A stretch of DNA of 64,000 bases from NCBI GenBank assembly GCA_964016885.1, contig OZ024742.1:247380001-247444000 (forward strand), given 5' to 3'. Source of the DNA: Eledone cirrhosa (Eukaryota). The notes below the pieces were generated by a model. The model searched no databases. It saw only the letters and a list, made by a program, of their open reading frames with translations, and had not been told where the DNA came from. Made by a program: the position numbers and the translations under genes. Shown here in pieces: positions 51,540-64,000 of the stretch; position 1 is the first letter of the stretch; each line of letters opens with the position of its first letter.

Positions 51540-54500
51540 TGTACTGAAGGATATTGACAAAAGTCACCAAAAAGCGAACAGAAACAAACCCACAACAAAC
51601 GCAAACAAAACAAAACAACCAAACCGATACACACTACACAGCATTAAATTTGAACAACAACCAATTATTACACTACATCCAACACAACATCAGCATCACA
51701 GAAAAAGACTACACAACAACCCAAAAGTTCACACCACCACCTCCACACATACAAATCACTCGCATCACACAGAAAACGTGCACGACACTAAAACAAAAAT
51801 TCTCCAAAGACATCGGAGACTTCCGACAAACACTCTCCAGGAGGATTTATAAGGACATCCTTCCGCAGGAGGCCACGAGCAGTGAAAAGGATGGACAAAC
51901 CATCCTTCCTCTACGAGAAGTAAGGTAAGTGGTCTTTCAAATCTTTTCCACTCCATTTCAACATGACTTCACTAAGAATAAGCAGCATAAATGCGCGTGG
52001 CTTGGGGTCGTCATGGAAGCAGGGCCACCTTCTCAACGACCTCAGGTCACTAAACATAGATGTAGTGGCCATCAGCGAGACCAGAATCTCCGAAGCACGG
52101 GCCTTCGGACCGATCTTCGGCGGCTACGATGTGCACGTATCTCCCAGCCGTCCGGGATCGGGGGGAGGAGTTGCTGTGCTTTTTCGGAGAGGTTTGGATC
52201 TCGCCATACGGGCCATCTTCTTGGATCCAGAAGGTAAGTTGGTGGTGCTAGACGTGACCAGCGGAGACGGGCAAGCTTTCAGGCTAGTGGCCGTCTATGC
52301 CCCGACAGGAGCAGGGCGGCCTGATTTCTTCCGGCGTCTGGAGACCTTTCTTGGAACGTCCCGCTCTTTAGTGTTAGTGGGCGACTGGAACGGGATCTTA
52401 GATGCACGCTGGGACCGTGTGGGATTAGTGGATAGGGGAGGAGGGTGCAAGAGCCTCACCAACCTGCTCAGGCGTTTTGAACTGTCTGACAGGTACCGAT
52501 TGGATTTCCCGAATGGGCCAATGTGGACTTGGACAAATCGCATAGTGACATCTAGATCATATCTAGATAGAGTATTTTGTGGGGAAATAGATAGGTCTAG
52601 CATAGGCTGTCCACAATTCAAGATAGTCACCTACACGGACCACAAATTCGTGATCAGTGTGCTTGACTTAGATAGGCTTCATAGACGAGGACCCGGCTAC
52701 TGGAAGCTAAACGCGTCCTTACCAGCGCACAAGGCCTACAGAGACTGGATTAGCGAACTAGTTAAGTGGGCGTTAACGGCGGCCATCGTCAACAAGTGGT
52801 GGTTTGCTCTGAAAAGAGAAATTAGAATAGAGTCCATTAGGTTTAGTAAGGCTTTAGCAATAGAGAAAAATATAGCAGAGTGAAAATTAGTTAGAAAATT
52901 AGACGAGGCGCTTAGCAAAGGCATCGCGACCGACGTACTTGCGGCGAAATTGGCCCTTGACCAATTCTTCAATGCAAAGCACGAAGATTGCGTTGTCAGA
53001 GCTAGGGTCCGTGCTCTCAGACACGAGGGGACGAAAGCTGTTCAATGGGCTCGAGTGGCGGAGGCGCGTCGTGGGAACAAAGCCACGATCCGGTCTTTGG
53101 TGGACCACGACGGGCGCATGCTACTCGATCCCGGTCAAATTTGTGAAGCTTTTCAGCGACACTTCGCACAGCTGTTCGGGGGCAGCGGCGGGCCGGATCG
53201 AGGGATGGACTTTAGTGTCTACCTCGACGGATTGCCGCGGCTCTCGGCCACTGAGGCGGGGTGTTGCGAAAAGCCGATAACAGCCGCTGAAGTACGGGAG
53301 GCAATGACTGGATGCACAAGGGGTAAATCGCCTGGTTTGGGTGGTCTGCCCTATGAACTTTACGTACAGATGCCAGACTTGTTCGGAGGCCGCTTGGCGG
53401 ACGTCTACTGCAACTGGCAACAGAACGGGAGAATTCCCAGCTCTGTGAGCCAAGGAGCTGTGGCGCTGATGAGAAAGGATCCGTACAAGAATGATAACAT
53501 AGATAATTTCAGCCCCATAACTCTGCTAAACACAGAGTTCAAGATTTTGGCCAAGGTGCTAGCAAAGAGGTTGGTGCTTGTCGTTGGTGGTCTGGTGGGA
53601 GAGGCGCAGACGTGCGCCATTCCTGACAGATCCATTCACGACAACCTCCACCTCATGCGATACATCGTAGAGAGGGTAGCTAGGGAACCTGGCACGGGTG
53701 GGTCCTTGATCAATTTAGATCAGTCGAAATCTTTCGATAGGGTCGACCATCGTTACCTAGTGGCAGTCCTGAGGGCAGCTGGCTTTGGACCCGTCTTCAG
53801 ATGCTGGATCGTTGCCATGCAGAGCGACATCTGCTTTGTGGTGAGAGTGAACGGTCACCTTTCAAAACCGTTCAACATCATGCGCTCGGTCCGTCAAGGA
53901 TGTCCCCTCTCGTGCCTCTTGTAAGTATTGACTCTCGAGCCATTACTGCAAAAACTGAAGACGTTGAGGGGGGTCCCGCGCGAACTAGGATGCGAAGATC
54001 ATGCGCAGACACGCGCTCAGGCTACGACATCTCCACCTATTCCTCGACGGTGATCAGGTGTGGTCGCCGGTTGCTAGACACGTCTTTCTCCAGCTCGTCT
54101 CCTTGACGGAGCTGCAGTCCTGGGTCAAGCGAAGACCGAGAGGGAGCGCTTGGAGACTGGAATGTCTTCAGGCGCTCACAGCCCTCAACCAATCGGGCAA
54201 TGTGATCGGTGGAAACTCCACCTGGGCGTTCTGTAGAGGATTAGTGGAGGGGAAGAGCGACGACGTACTTTGAGAAACTCTAGGCGTCGACGAAAATCAA
54301 CTAGCCAATCTCTTCGGAAGGACTTTCGTGCCGGGGCTTATGGACAACTTCCAGAAATCCCTGGCCTGGCAGGCTACCGAGGAGCTCTGCCAGTTCGGGA
54401 TAAACTCTACAGGCATGGAGGTGCCGTCAGTCGGGCATGTCCGAGATGGGCGCAGGGCGATGAAACCGTCCTGCACGCACGCGTCCAGTGTCCGAGCATT

Positions 54501-55100
54501 GCTGACTTGTGGGTTTATGTCGAACACCTGCTGTCACGTGTAGGACGGATCCAGCTATCAGCTGAGTCCATCGTGAGGATTGCGCCGCTCTCTCACTTTA
54601 GCCGGGAAGGGCAGGCAGTTTTTATCTGTCTGGTGGCCATTGCAAAAGAGATTGTATGGTGGACACGTTTGAAAGGGCTGAAGACGAGTACTTACCTCTT
54701 CGGTGATGCCCTGATTAACTTTTTCAAATTTCATTTGAAAAGGAAAATCAGGGTAGAGTGGGAAGTGCTCTCTATCCCAGCATTTTGTTGAAAGATGGGT
54801 GAGAGAAGCAAGTATGGCCCGAGTGAATGGGCCTACTCTGAGTATGTGTCTGCAAATTAAAGGTGGAAAACTGGGAGAGGGCACTTGCCATGGTGCTCAG
54901 GGTCACTGTGGCCTTTTAATGGGCTTTCCCCACAAATGTCCCTCAGAAGTCTCCCCCCTATTGGGGAATTGTTCATTGTTATTTTTATTACATCCTCTGT
55001 TTTTTTACACGCAGAAATGCCCATTTGTATCGTCCTGTATTGTCCTGTACTGTCCTTAATGTCTACTTTATGTAAACCCTTGTGGTTAATAAAGAAAGCA
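51540..55100 (+). mobile_element. Tx1 copy 5, 5'-truncated, with a deletion of about 0.5 kb removing YADD
   Basis: ORF1 end 51554..51928; EN ORF 51963..52883; RT ORF 52950..53924. Jump from RELGC to MRRHALRL at about 54000. 3' UTR ends aataaagaaagc followed by (ATT)n. Confidence 0.92.
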
Positions 55101-55111
55101 TTATTATTATT

Positions 55112-55175
55112 AATAAAGTACCAGTAATGCATTGGGTAATTGCTGGCCTTGTGCCACAAGTAGAAACAATTATTA
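55112..55175 (+). mobile_element. SINE 3' tail fragment directly after the Tx1 (ATT)n tail
   Basis: aataaagtaccagtaatgcattgggtaattgctggccttgtgccacaagtagaaacaattatt. Confidence 0.85.
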
Positions 55176-55185
55176 TTATTATTAC

Positions 55186-55250
<65 letters not shown>

Positions 55251-55254
<4 letters not shown>

Positions 55255-55540
55255 GACGTAAAATAAGAAAATTATAAAAATTAACTTACTTACTAAAATT
55301 TCACTCCACTAATTAGTTTCTGAAAGGGAATAAACATAGTTACCGAAGAAACGTAGGGAGAAGCCTTTCGTCATCAGGGAAGTCTATTCTCAGCTAAGTT
55401 TCTAGGCGATGCGTGGACACAGGGATTTTTATAATTTTCTTATTTTACGTCTTTCATATTATTCTGCATCCCCATGCATTGAACCACAAAGTTACTAAGA
55501 CAAAACCTATATATTTTCTGGCATAAGTATGCATCTGTAT
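55251..55540. mobile_element. Penelope-like inverted terminus with degenerate hammerhead (minus strand 55303-55383), in (TA)n
   Basis: 30-bp inverted repeat gaaagacgtaaaataagaaaattataaaaa / tttttataattttcttattttacgtctttc. Minus strand CTGATGA-cgaaagg...cctttca-GAAAC(taatta)GT. Confidence 0.6.
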
Positions 55541-55600
55541 ATATATGTCAGTAGATATACTAATTCTTTATATATATATATATATATATATATACATTCA

Positions 55601-56486
55601 TGGTGAGGACGATATTTGTTCGCAATTTTCAACTTGTAATTTTATGCAAATTTTTTTTACTTCCGTGTTCACTCTTGTCTTCATAAAAACAGTGACTAAA
55701 TTTCCATTATTTATTTACAGAATAATAGATTATGAATAATTTTGAACCTCCAAATTTGTGGAAGAGACACGGAGATCTTCTTGGAATCTGCGCCGGGAGG
55801 ACAAATAAGTAAATTTCAGACTTTCTCAGCGTCAGCAGGAGAATAGTGTCTCATCCAAAGACGTGCCCAGAGTCATGCAGACAAAGTTTCCAGCGACAAC
55901 ATTGGTCTTAGGTGTCGTCAGCAGTCAAGGTGACGACGTGCCACCTCACTTCTTCCCTGAGGGCCTCAAGCTGAACACCGATAACTACATCCGCTTCCTG
56001 AGCGAGGTAGTAAAGCCCTGGATCGACTAGGTAGCTGCCGGTAGGCCGTATGTGTGGCAGCAAGACTCAGCGCCCTGCCATACCAGCCGAAAGACCCAAG
56101 CCTGGCTGTCAGAGAACTTCGTCGACCACACTTCACCTGACATCTGGCCTCCCAGCTCGCCTGACTGCAACCCCCTCGACTTCTTTGTGTGGGGCGCAGT
56201 GGAACGAGACACCAACAGATCTAGCTGCAATACGAAAGACGATCTGAAGGCCAGGATCACAAGTGCCTTTAGGGGCCTAAGTCGGGGAACAGTGACGAAG
56301 GCCTGTAGCCGGTTCCGAGGCCGCCTTGAGGCCGTCATCAAAGCCAATGGCGGGTTTATCAAGTGACATCGAAAGAACAAGTCATGAAGACAAACTCACC
56401 CAAATTTGATAAATATATCTTAAAAAATAAAACTAGTGTCACTTTTCCCTAGACAGTAATCTTGCGAACAAATATCGTCCGCACCA
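55601..56486 (+). mobile_element. Tc1/mariner DD37D (maT-type) transposon, internally deleted
   Basis: TIRs tggtgaggacgatatttgttcgcaa / ttgcgaacaaatatcgtccgcacca. Transposase C-terminal half WQQDSAPCH...WPPSSPDCNPLDF has 37 residues between the last two Asp; one in-frame stop; N-terminal half missing. Confidence 0.88.
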
Positions 56487-56489
56487 TTT

Positions 56490-57240
56490 CTCTTCAGATA
56501 AATGATGATACTTTTTTGCCTCCTCTCTGTCCTAAAAAAAGCCGAGCATATTGTTCGTATATTAGAGAGAGGTGACAAAAGGTGCCATTATATATCTGAA
56601 AACAAATAATAATACCGACAGTATTTCTCAGTTCTTTGAGGACGCGTCTTTTAATACCTCTATCGTTTTTCTAACTTGTTCTGATTAAACTTTATTTTCA
56701 GATAAATGCGGACATCATTTTGTCACTCCTCTACAGGATTTCTTTAGTTTTTTAGGAGACGTCTTTTAATATCTGCAACATTTTTCTAATTTGTTCTGAT
56801 TATTATTTCTTTTCAAATATACAATGGAACCTTTTGTCACCTCTCTCTAATATACGTACAATATGCTCGTTTTTTTTAGGACACGTCTTTTAATATCTGC
56901 AATGTGTTTCTAATTTGTTCTGATTATTATTTCTTTTCAATTTATTTTTAGATAAATGATCACATCTTTTTTTCCACCTCTCTGTAATATACCTACAGTT
57001 GTATTCAATTCTCTCTGACACGGCTTTTAATAGCTCTATCATTTTTCTAACTTGTTCTGATTATCATTTATCTTCATATAAATGACATCATGTTGTCATC
57101 TCTCTGTTATATACCTACAGTTTTGTTCAGTTCTTTGAGGACACGTTTTTTAATAGCTCTAACGCTTTTGCTAACTTGATCTGATTATAATTCAATTTCA
57201 GATAAATGAGGACACCATTCTTTCCATCTCTCAGTAATAT
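56490..57240. repeat. Diverged ~120-135-bp minisatellite (about 6 units) with one inverted segment
   Basis: Recurrent cagataaatg...ctctct...ggacacgtcttttaata...tttctaa.ttgttctgatta; 56531-56610 is the reverse complement of about 56802-56880. Confidence 0.8.
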
Positions 57241-57407
57241 ATTTAACTGATTCTCAGCATTTGACTTTATCCTTCAGTCCATCTACTGGTCATCATTACT
57301 TTGGCTGCAGCAACTTCAACTTTTGAAAACAAGAGTTATTATATGACTTTTGTTTTACATTATAAACACCTGTTATTTTATCCCTTCAAGCACTGTATGT
57401 GTAGATT

Positions 57408-57930
57408 ACCGTTGTTGTTAGTATTGTTGTTGTTGTCATTATTGTTGCTTTTGTTGTAGATTTCTGTTGTTATTGATGTTGATATTGCTGTTCTCATTAT
57501 AGGGATTGTGGCTGTTATTGTTGTTAGTGTTGTTGTTATTGTCCTTGTTGTTATTGTTATTATTGTGGTTGTTGTTATTATTGTTGTTGTTGATGTTATT
57601 TCTGTTGTAATTGTTATTTTTGTTGTCGTTAAAACCATTGTTGTTTTTATTGCAATTGTTGTTTTTGCTGTTGTAGTTGTCCGTGTTATTTCCGTTATAG
57701 TCGTTGTTATTGTTGCTGTCATTGTTGTTGTCATTGCCATTGTCGTTGGGGTTGTTGCTGTTGTTGTGGTTGCCGTTTGTTGTTTATGTGGTTGTTTTCA
57801 TTGTTGCTGTGGTTGCTTTTGTCATTGTTGTTGTTGCTGACGTCGTCGTTGTAGCTAATATGGCTTTTGCTTTTATTGTTTTTATTGTAGTTATTGTTGT
57901 TGCTGTCGTTGTCATTGTATGTGTTTTTAT
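57408..57930. repeat. Degenerate (GTT)n trinucleotide repeat
   Basis: gtt/att/gct triplets giving poly-V and poly-T pseudo-ORFs. Confidence 0.9.
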
Positions 57931-58067
57931 CATTTCAAAGAATTAATAACAGAATTGTCTCTTTTATTCGATATTTCCGAAGATATCTTGGAATATCTTC
58001 ACTGAAGTAGAAAACTTGCAATCGATTACAATTTAGAACGTGAACAAAAGAATTATACACGCACACA

Positions 58068-58140
<73 letters not shown>

Positions 58141-58255
58141 ATATATATATATATACACACACACACACGTATATATATATATATATACACATATATATAT
58201 ATATACATATAAATATATAAATATAAATACACACGCACACACACACAACAACACA

Positions 58256-58311
<56 letters not shown>

Positions 58312-58801
58312 GGTTTGTGTGTATATATATATATGTGTGTGTGGATGTGCATATGTGTATGATGACTGGGAGCTGATGATGTCTGTATATATATATAAAT
58401 ATATATATATGGAAAGAGATAGAGAGAGTGGGGGAGAGTATGTGTGTGATAGAAAATGAAATGAAATAAAGAGATATTGAACAAATGAAAACTCCATAAT
58501 TACTGATATATGTTGTTAGCAATGGAATGCAGAAAGATAAAGACAATAACGATATATGCTGTATTAATTAGTGATAGCACTAACACAGCGTGATTCAGCA
58601 TGAATATGTATATAGACCTATTCGTAATGTACTATACAGGATCTTCAGAAATATTCAAGCAGCGTCATAGTGTTTGATTCTCTGAGGAATTCTTCGTTTG
58701 TCTTTTATCTCGAAGCCATTTACTACAAGGAAGGAATCCTGCTATATTATCTCTCTGTCTCTCTCTCTCTATATATATATATATACATACATGTGTGTGG
58801 T

Positions 58802-58866
<65 letters not shown>

Positions 58867-58871
58867 TGTGT

Positions 58872-58911
<40 letters not shown>

Positions 58912-59034
58912 TAAAATTATGTTAATTTGAAGTTAATAGTTTCTGCGTACCATTGTGATCATGAGAAATAGTCGAAGTTGGCCACATTCGCCTCTAGATG
59001 GGGAAATATTTGGACAGCGCTGTATCATCTTACC

Positions 59035-59079
<45 letters not shown>

Positions 59080-60338
59080 CGTGTGTGTGTGTGTGTGTAT
59101 GTGCTTGTGTGTATGAATGTACATATTGTATATTGAATAATATACGGTATGTTTATGAAAGATATTTGAAGTCATTTTGCTATGAACTTTGAGGATGTGA
59201 CCATCGTTACATAGCCCGTTTTAGCAAAAACAGGGGAAAGTATTAGACGATAAAATCATTTCTCACCGTTTAGTGTTTATCAAGTTTACACATCTCACTG
59301 CTTTTGCTGAAGCTAAAGTAAACTAGATTCTTATAGAATTCTGTTTATGTTTATGAGCTGATGAAACACATTTGCATACGGAGCGGTAGGAATAATGTAC
59401 TTATCGTATATTGAATAATATACGTGATGTTAATGGAAAACATTTGAAAAATCTTTCGCTGTGTATTTTAAGGTTGTGTCGTTCGTCAGATGCCTATCTT
59501 TATACATATATATGTATGTATGTGTGTGTGTGTGTATGTGTATATGCGTGCGCGCGCGTGTGTGTCTGTGAGTGTGTGTGCGTCCGTGCGTATGTGTATT
59601 TCTATAAATGAAGAAAATCTTGATCGGGGAAGAATAGCTGAGAAAACAATATTTTAAAAATTAAGAATACCATTATAGACGGGAGACAGTGGTATTCGGT
59701 CTTATTTATTGTGTCAGTGTACTCTATAATTATATGTATCTACTTATTTCTAGATGTGTGTGTATTTATTAAAGATTGACCTAAAAATACGTAGAATATT
59801 TTTAAACGTTATCATAAAGTAAGAAATATATATTGTAACTCACATTGTTATCCTTCAATTCGATGCATGAGTGTTACAATTACGGATTCCTTCTTATCGA
59901 AAACCTTGCGGAAGTGACATAGTTATACACTCACAAACATACACGCGTACACACACACAATCACGCGCACACACATGTGTATTTAAATACACACACACAT
60001 ATATATATATATATTCAAACACACACACACGCCCACACACACACACGCGCACGCGCACCCCCCCCACACATATATATATATATACATATATATCTATGTC
60101 ATATAGAAATGGCCTCCACAGGACCTGTACAATTTCATTCGTATGAAGTTATTAGGAAGCTATTTTTTTACGTATAAAATAGTATTACATTATTTTCACT
60201 AAAGTAGGTATTACAGTAAAATTCTCGTTATCGTTTGTTGAATACAACTCATTTAGAGAAAAATATCATTAGGTTTGTCTAGTGGTGCTGTTTGAATACC
60301 CGTCCCTTATTTAGTAAGCATAAATAATGCTTATATAT

Positions 60339-60447
60339 GAGAAGAAGAAGAAGAAGAAGAAGAAGAAGAAGAAGAAGAAGAAGAAGAAGAAGAAGAAGAA
60401 GAAGAAGAAGAAGAAGAAGAAGAAGAAGAAGAAGAAGAAGAAGAAGA
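60339..60447. repeat. Pure (AAG)n microsatellite (about 36 units)
   Basis: Direct reading; source of the poly-K pseudo-ORF. Confidence 0.97.
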
Positions 60448-61320
60448 TTGTAATTTCTACGACATTGGGCATCAGATTTTTTATGAGGACTCTTGTGTCA
60501 TCGCAAAATACTTGAAGATATATATTATGAAGTAGCTTAACCGATAATTAAAGCATCAGCATCAGTATCAAGTTTTTGCGGAGGAATTACTGCCAGGTCA
60601 AAGCTGGTCAAAGCTGCCAGGTCAAAGCTGTTCGAAATTCACTTGGATAGTTCATAACCTGATCCTGGGAAATGAATGTGTCTGCTGATTTGTAGCATCT
60701 TTTCTATCCCGTAACATGTACAGTAGCGTATTGTTGATTTCTTTCACTCTAACATTTCACGGTGCTAAGACTGGTCGTTTCCGAACTACTTTGGATCACA
60801 TTGTTTGATCTGAATGTTTGGAAAGAATCTGACCATCTAACATTTAGATTTAGATTCTAAATGATATATGGCCAAATGAAAACAGAATCTGGTCATTGGA
60901 GTCTTACTTAATATGTCCATTTCCCAATTTGAGTTGCTGGATAGCAAACTCACCGACACTTTCATCAAGTGCACTTGCATATTGATGGTAGCTTCAACCA
61001 AATTATCATCTTGCATACATGTAGGAGCTTACCCTTGAGTGAGTTCTTCTTGATGTTGCAAAAAGATTGTCTAAGCCGTGTGAGGGCGATGGGCAATACC
61101 ATCCGGAAATGTTGCTGCAATACCACTTGAAGCCAGAGTAAGAACAATACGTTGACTTTGGTGAACTTTTGCAAGTAGGAGGTTTACGAGGGATGCCTTA
61201 CCTGTGTCCGTAGGGGCATCAGTTAAGAAAATTCCTCCCTATCATTTTCAGCCACAAAATTTGAAAGGCTTGAATATCGTAGTTTGCTTCTTGCAAGATT
61301 TCTTGCGTCCTTAAAATTAC
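60448..61320 (-). pseudogene. Helitron RepHel (PIF1-like helicase) relic
   Basis: Minus strand GGIFLTDAPTDTGKASLVNLLLAKV...LASSGIAAT (Walker A region), KLLHVCKMIIW, RPVLAP*NVRVKEINN, YPSEF...IPP and CDDTRVLIKNLMPNVVEITI (CNGTRL equivalent), in the canonical order. Confidence 0.8.
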
Positions 61321-61648
61321 TGCACAGATGGGCGATGGGAATTTTTGTGTGGAAAAGTGGGCGATAACGACAAAAAAGTTTGGAACACCTGATCAAAATG
61401 GTATTATCCGTCCACTAGTAATTCCTGGCTTGTGCTAAAACTGTTTGAATCCTGACAGCAACTAGAAAGGTCCGTCGAATATCTTCACTTTCTCCAGATC
61501 ACTCTGCTTTCTTTCGCTTGGCTTTTGAAGATGACCTTCCAGATAATGATCTGTAACGTATCCGAGGTATTTGAAGTGATATTACACGAAATAGAAACAA
61601 CTATAATGTATATATATATATATATATTATATATATGAATATAAATGG

Positions 61649-61835
61649 GGCGGTGGATTGGCAGTATCGGTAGAGAGTCAGATACCATGCTTTGACGCAT
61701 AGAGGTATGGCCCGTGCCATTCTGAGTTCAAATCCGGCCGAGGTTAACTTTGCCTTCCATCCTTACGGAGTCGATAAAATAAAGTATCGGTAATGCACTG
61801 GGTAATTGCTGGCCTTGTGCCAAAAGTAGAAACAA
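61649..61835 (+). mobile_element. tRNA-derived SINE, full length
   Basis: ggcggtggattggcagtatcggtagag (A box) ... gagttcaaatcc (B box) ... tgctggccttgtgccaaaagtagaaac. Confidence 0.9.
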
Positions 61836-61970
61836 TATTAATATATATTAATATTATGATGATTTCGAGATATGTGTATATGTATATGAACAAAATTAGA
61901 ATTTGGGTTTTGGCTCTAACATAGCTGATACATAAATGTATTTCTGAGTTTCATATCGAATAATAATAAT

Positions 61971-62185
61971 GGGTTTCTTATATAGGCACAAGGCCAGCAA
62001 TTTTAGAGGAGGGGAAGTCGATTACATCGACCCCAGTGCATGACTGGTACCTTATTTTATCGACCCCGTAAGGATGAAAGGCAAAGTGAACCTCGGCGGG
62101 ATTTGAACTCAGAGCATAAAGGGCCGTAACTCTATACTGAAAAGCTTGGCGTCCGACCCTCTACTGCTACTGTCAATCCACCGCC
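61971..62185 (-). mobile_element. tRNA-derived SINE with 15-bp TSD
   Basis: Full-length copy flanked by tcgaataataataat at 61956-61970 and 62186-62200. Confidence 0.92.
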
Positions 62186-62200
62186 TCGAATAATAATAAT

Positions 62201-62502
62201 TGTTTCTACTTTTGGCACAAGGCCAGCAATTACTCAGTTCATTACTGGTACTTTACTTTATCGACCCCGTAAGGATGAAAGGCAAAGCTAACCTCGGCGG
62301 GATTTGAACTCAGGTATATATATATAATGAGGAGCATGAGGAGATGTAGTATGACACAACTATCTGGCTAGTTAGGTGCTATTATTGAAAAATCCCGCCA
62401 AGGTTAACTTTGCCTTTCATCCTTACGGGGTCGATAAAATAAAAAGTACCAGTAATGTACTGGGTAATTGCTGGCCTTGTGCCAATAGTAGAAACAATTA
62501 TT
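62201..62502. mobile_element. Two 5'-truncated SINE copies in opposite orientation (62201-62312 minus; about 62390-62502 plus)
   Basis: Both match the 3' half of the SINE and form an imperfect inverted repeat. Confidence 0.85.
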
Positions 62503-63028
62503 GAAATATATTCTTATTATTGTGTCTCTCTTTCTCATCTAACGTTAATATATTGAAGTTATTTATTTCTCCTTCATTGTTGTCAGTAATATAATCCAAC
62601 AACAAGCATTATTATTATTGTTAGTTTTTATTAGCTTTTACTAATGATAAAGATGCAGCCGTTGTTAGTTTAGATTCTATAAAGTAGTTTATAATTAATT
62701 CCGTTGAAATATCATCGGCCATATTGTACGAAAGCAAAAACAGTAAAACTTACTATCTAAAAAGAACGTTTAATGTTAAAATGTTCACATTTATTTAAGC
62801 AAATTTTCTGCGGCTAGTGTATTGCTTATATGCCAAATAATGTTGTTAATTAGGCAGAAATTCTGGAGAATTCTTGCCAAAGGGATAAACTAAAAACATT
62901 GAAGACATTATGTATGGTGGGAAAAAAAGAAAAAGAATAAAAAACGAAAAAATGATGAAAAATAATACTAAAAGAAAAAAAAATCTCTTTTTTCTCTTTC
63001 TCTTCCTTCTCAGTGTGTATTCGCGCGC

Positions 63029-63087
<59 letters not shown>

Positions 63088-63373
63088 AGTAGCAATACCG
63101 CTCACCACCACCATCCCCACTTCTACCACCACATGTATGTACCTTCCACTACTATCACCACCACAACATCCATCATCACCGTCGCCGCCACCACCACCAC
63201 CACCACTATCAACGCAACCACCACCACCACCACCACTACTATGCACGTACATAAGGTATCATCGTTTAGTTAATTGAAAATTTAAATTGCAATTAAAACT
63301 CTTTCTGCCGTCAACAATGTGTAATAGACTGTTTTACCATAAGACAAATTGATCTCTATTTTACTGCATTCAT

Positions 63374-63409
<36 letters not shown>

Positions 63410-63417
63410 ACACACAC

Positions 63418-63505
<88 letters not shown>

Positions 63506-63584
63506 TTATACATACATAAATACATACATACAAGTATAGTGTTAGTGCGTGTATATATATACGGCGTTCGTGTCTGTGTGTCTG

Positions 63585-63636
<52 letters not shown>

Positions 63637-63637
63637 T

Positions 63638-64000
63638 TTCTTTATTTGCCACAAGGGCGCAAAAAGATGGGGACAAATACATGCGTGTAAAAAAATGGAA
63701 TTAATAATTAACAATTGAAATCCCCATAAGGGGGGAGGCGTTACACCTGGGTTGTACACGCGCCGAAAAAATGTACAACCCGCATCTCCAGAAGTACGAA
63801 GAGTGAGCGTTCCTTTTCTCTCTTCCTGTTTTTCCTCAACCTACAGGTTTATATAGAGAGAAGGCTCAACTACTCGGGCCATCCTTGCCACATTCACCCA
63901 CCTTTCGTAAAATTTGCTGGGGTGCAGCACCTCTATCTCCACTCTGATTCTTCTTCTAAAATGATATTTGAAGAAGCGAACCAGTTGTTAGCCGGAGAGA
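63638..64000 (-). mobile_element. Tx1 3' end (same subfamily type as copies 2 and 3), continuing beyond the window
   Basis: Reverse complement ...cgaaaggtgggtgaatgtggcaaggatggcccgagt...aaacctgtaggttgagg...gcgcccttgtggcaaataaagaaa followed by (TA)n. Confidence 0.9.

Noticed and set aside
56490-57240. CRISPR-like regularly spaced repeats
   Set aside because: Whole units are homologous with no unique spacers, the context is eukaryotic and there are no cas genes.
60591-60630. ggtcaaagct x3, resembling a nuclear-receptor direct repeat
   Set aside because: Lies within the Helitron helicase relic and is best explained as a slippage duplication.
61330-61392. hAT/Charlie-like terminus aaaaagtttggaacacctg
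   Set aside because: No matching partner TIR or TSD found in the window.
61649-61740. tRNA gene (A and B boxes present)
   Set aside because: No cloverleaf that I can fold; part of a multi-copy SINE with constant body and tail.

Overview
Eukaryotic, AT-rich, microsatellite-saturated DNA with no host protein-coding exon, rRNA, intact tRNA gene or CRISPR array that I can support. The tRNA-derived SINEs resemble those known from octopus, so a cephalopod origin is inferred. The window is essentially a transposon graveyard. (1) At least nine copies or fragments of a Tx1/L1-clade non-LTR retrotransposon (ORF1 with CCHC knuckle; ORF2 with APE endonuclease, RT and C-terminal Zn motif). Several sit in head-to-tail arrays separated by (ATCT)n or (ATT)n, and one has a near-intact ORF2 with a 24-bp TSD. 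(2) RTE, R4/Dong, probable HERO/NeSL and CRE-like LINE fragments. (3) Penelope-like GIY-YIG relics plus many minimal hammerhead-ribozyme (HHR) motifs and fold-back palindromes embedded in (TA)n. (4) Two internally deleted Tc1/mariner elements, one DD37D. (5) A Helitron helicase relic. (6) About a dozen SINE copies or fragments. Most short ORFs in the track are microsatellite artefacts. Best candidates for novelty: a conserved AG|GTRAGT donor plus AG-poor pyrimidine spacer at all four Tx1 ORF1/ORF2 junctions, whose removal (51-53 nt) would fuse ORF1 to ORF2 in frame; a small (TA)n-embedded family whose fold-back is centred on an HHR stem-II loop; microsatellite-tail-targeted Tx1 arrays; and an ORF1-only Tx1 derivative. 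All alignments and identities were estimated by eye.
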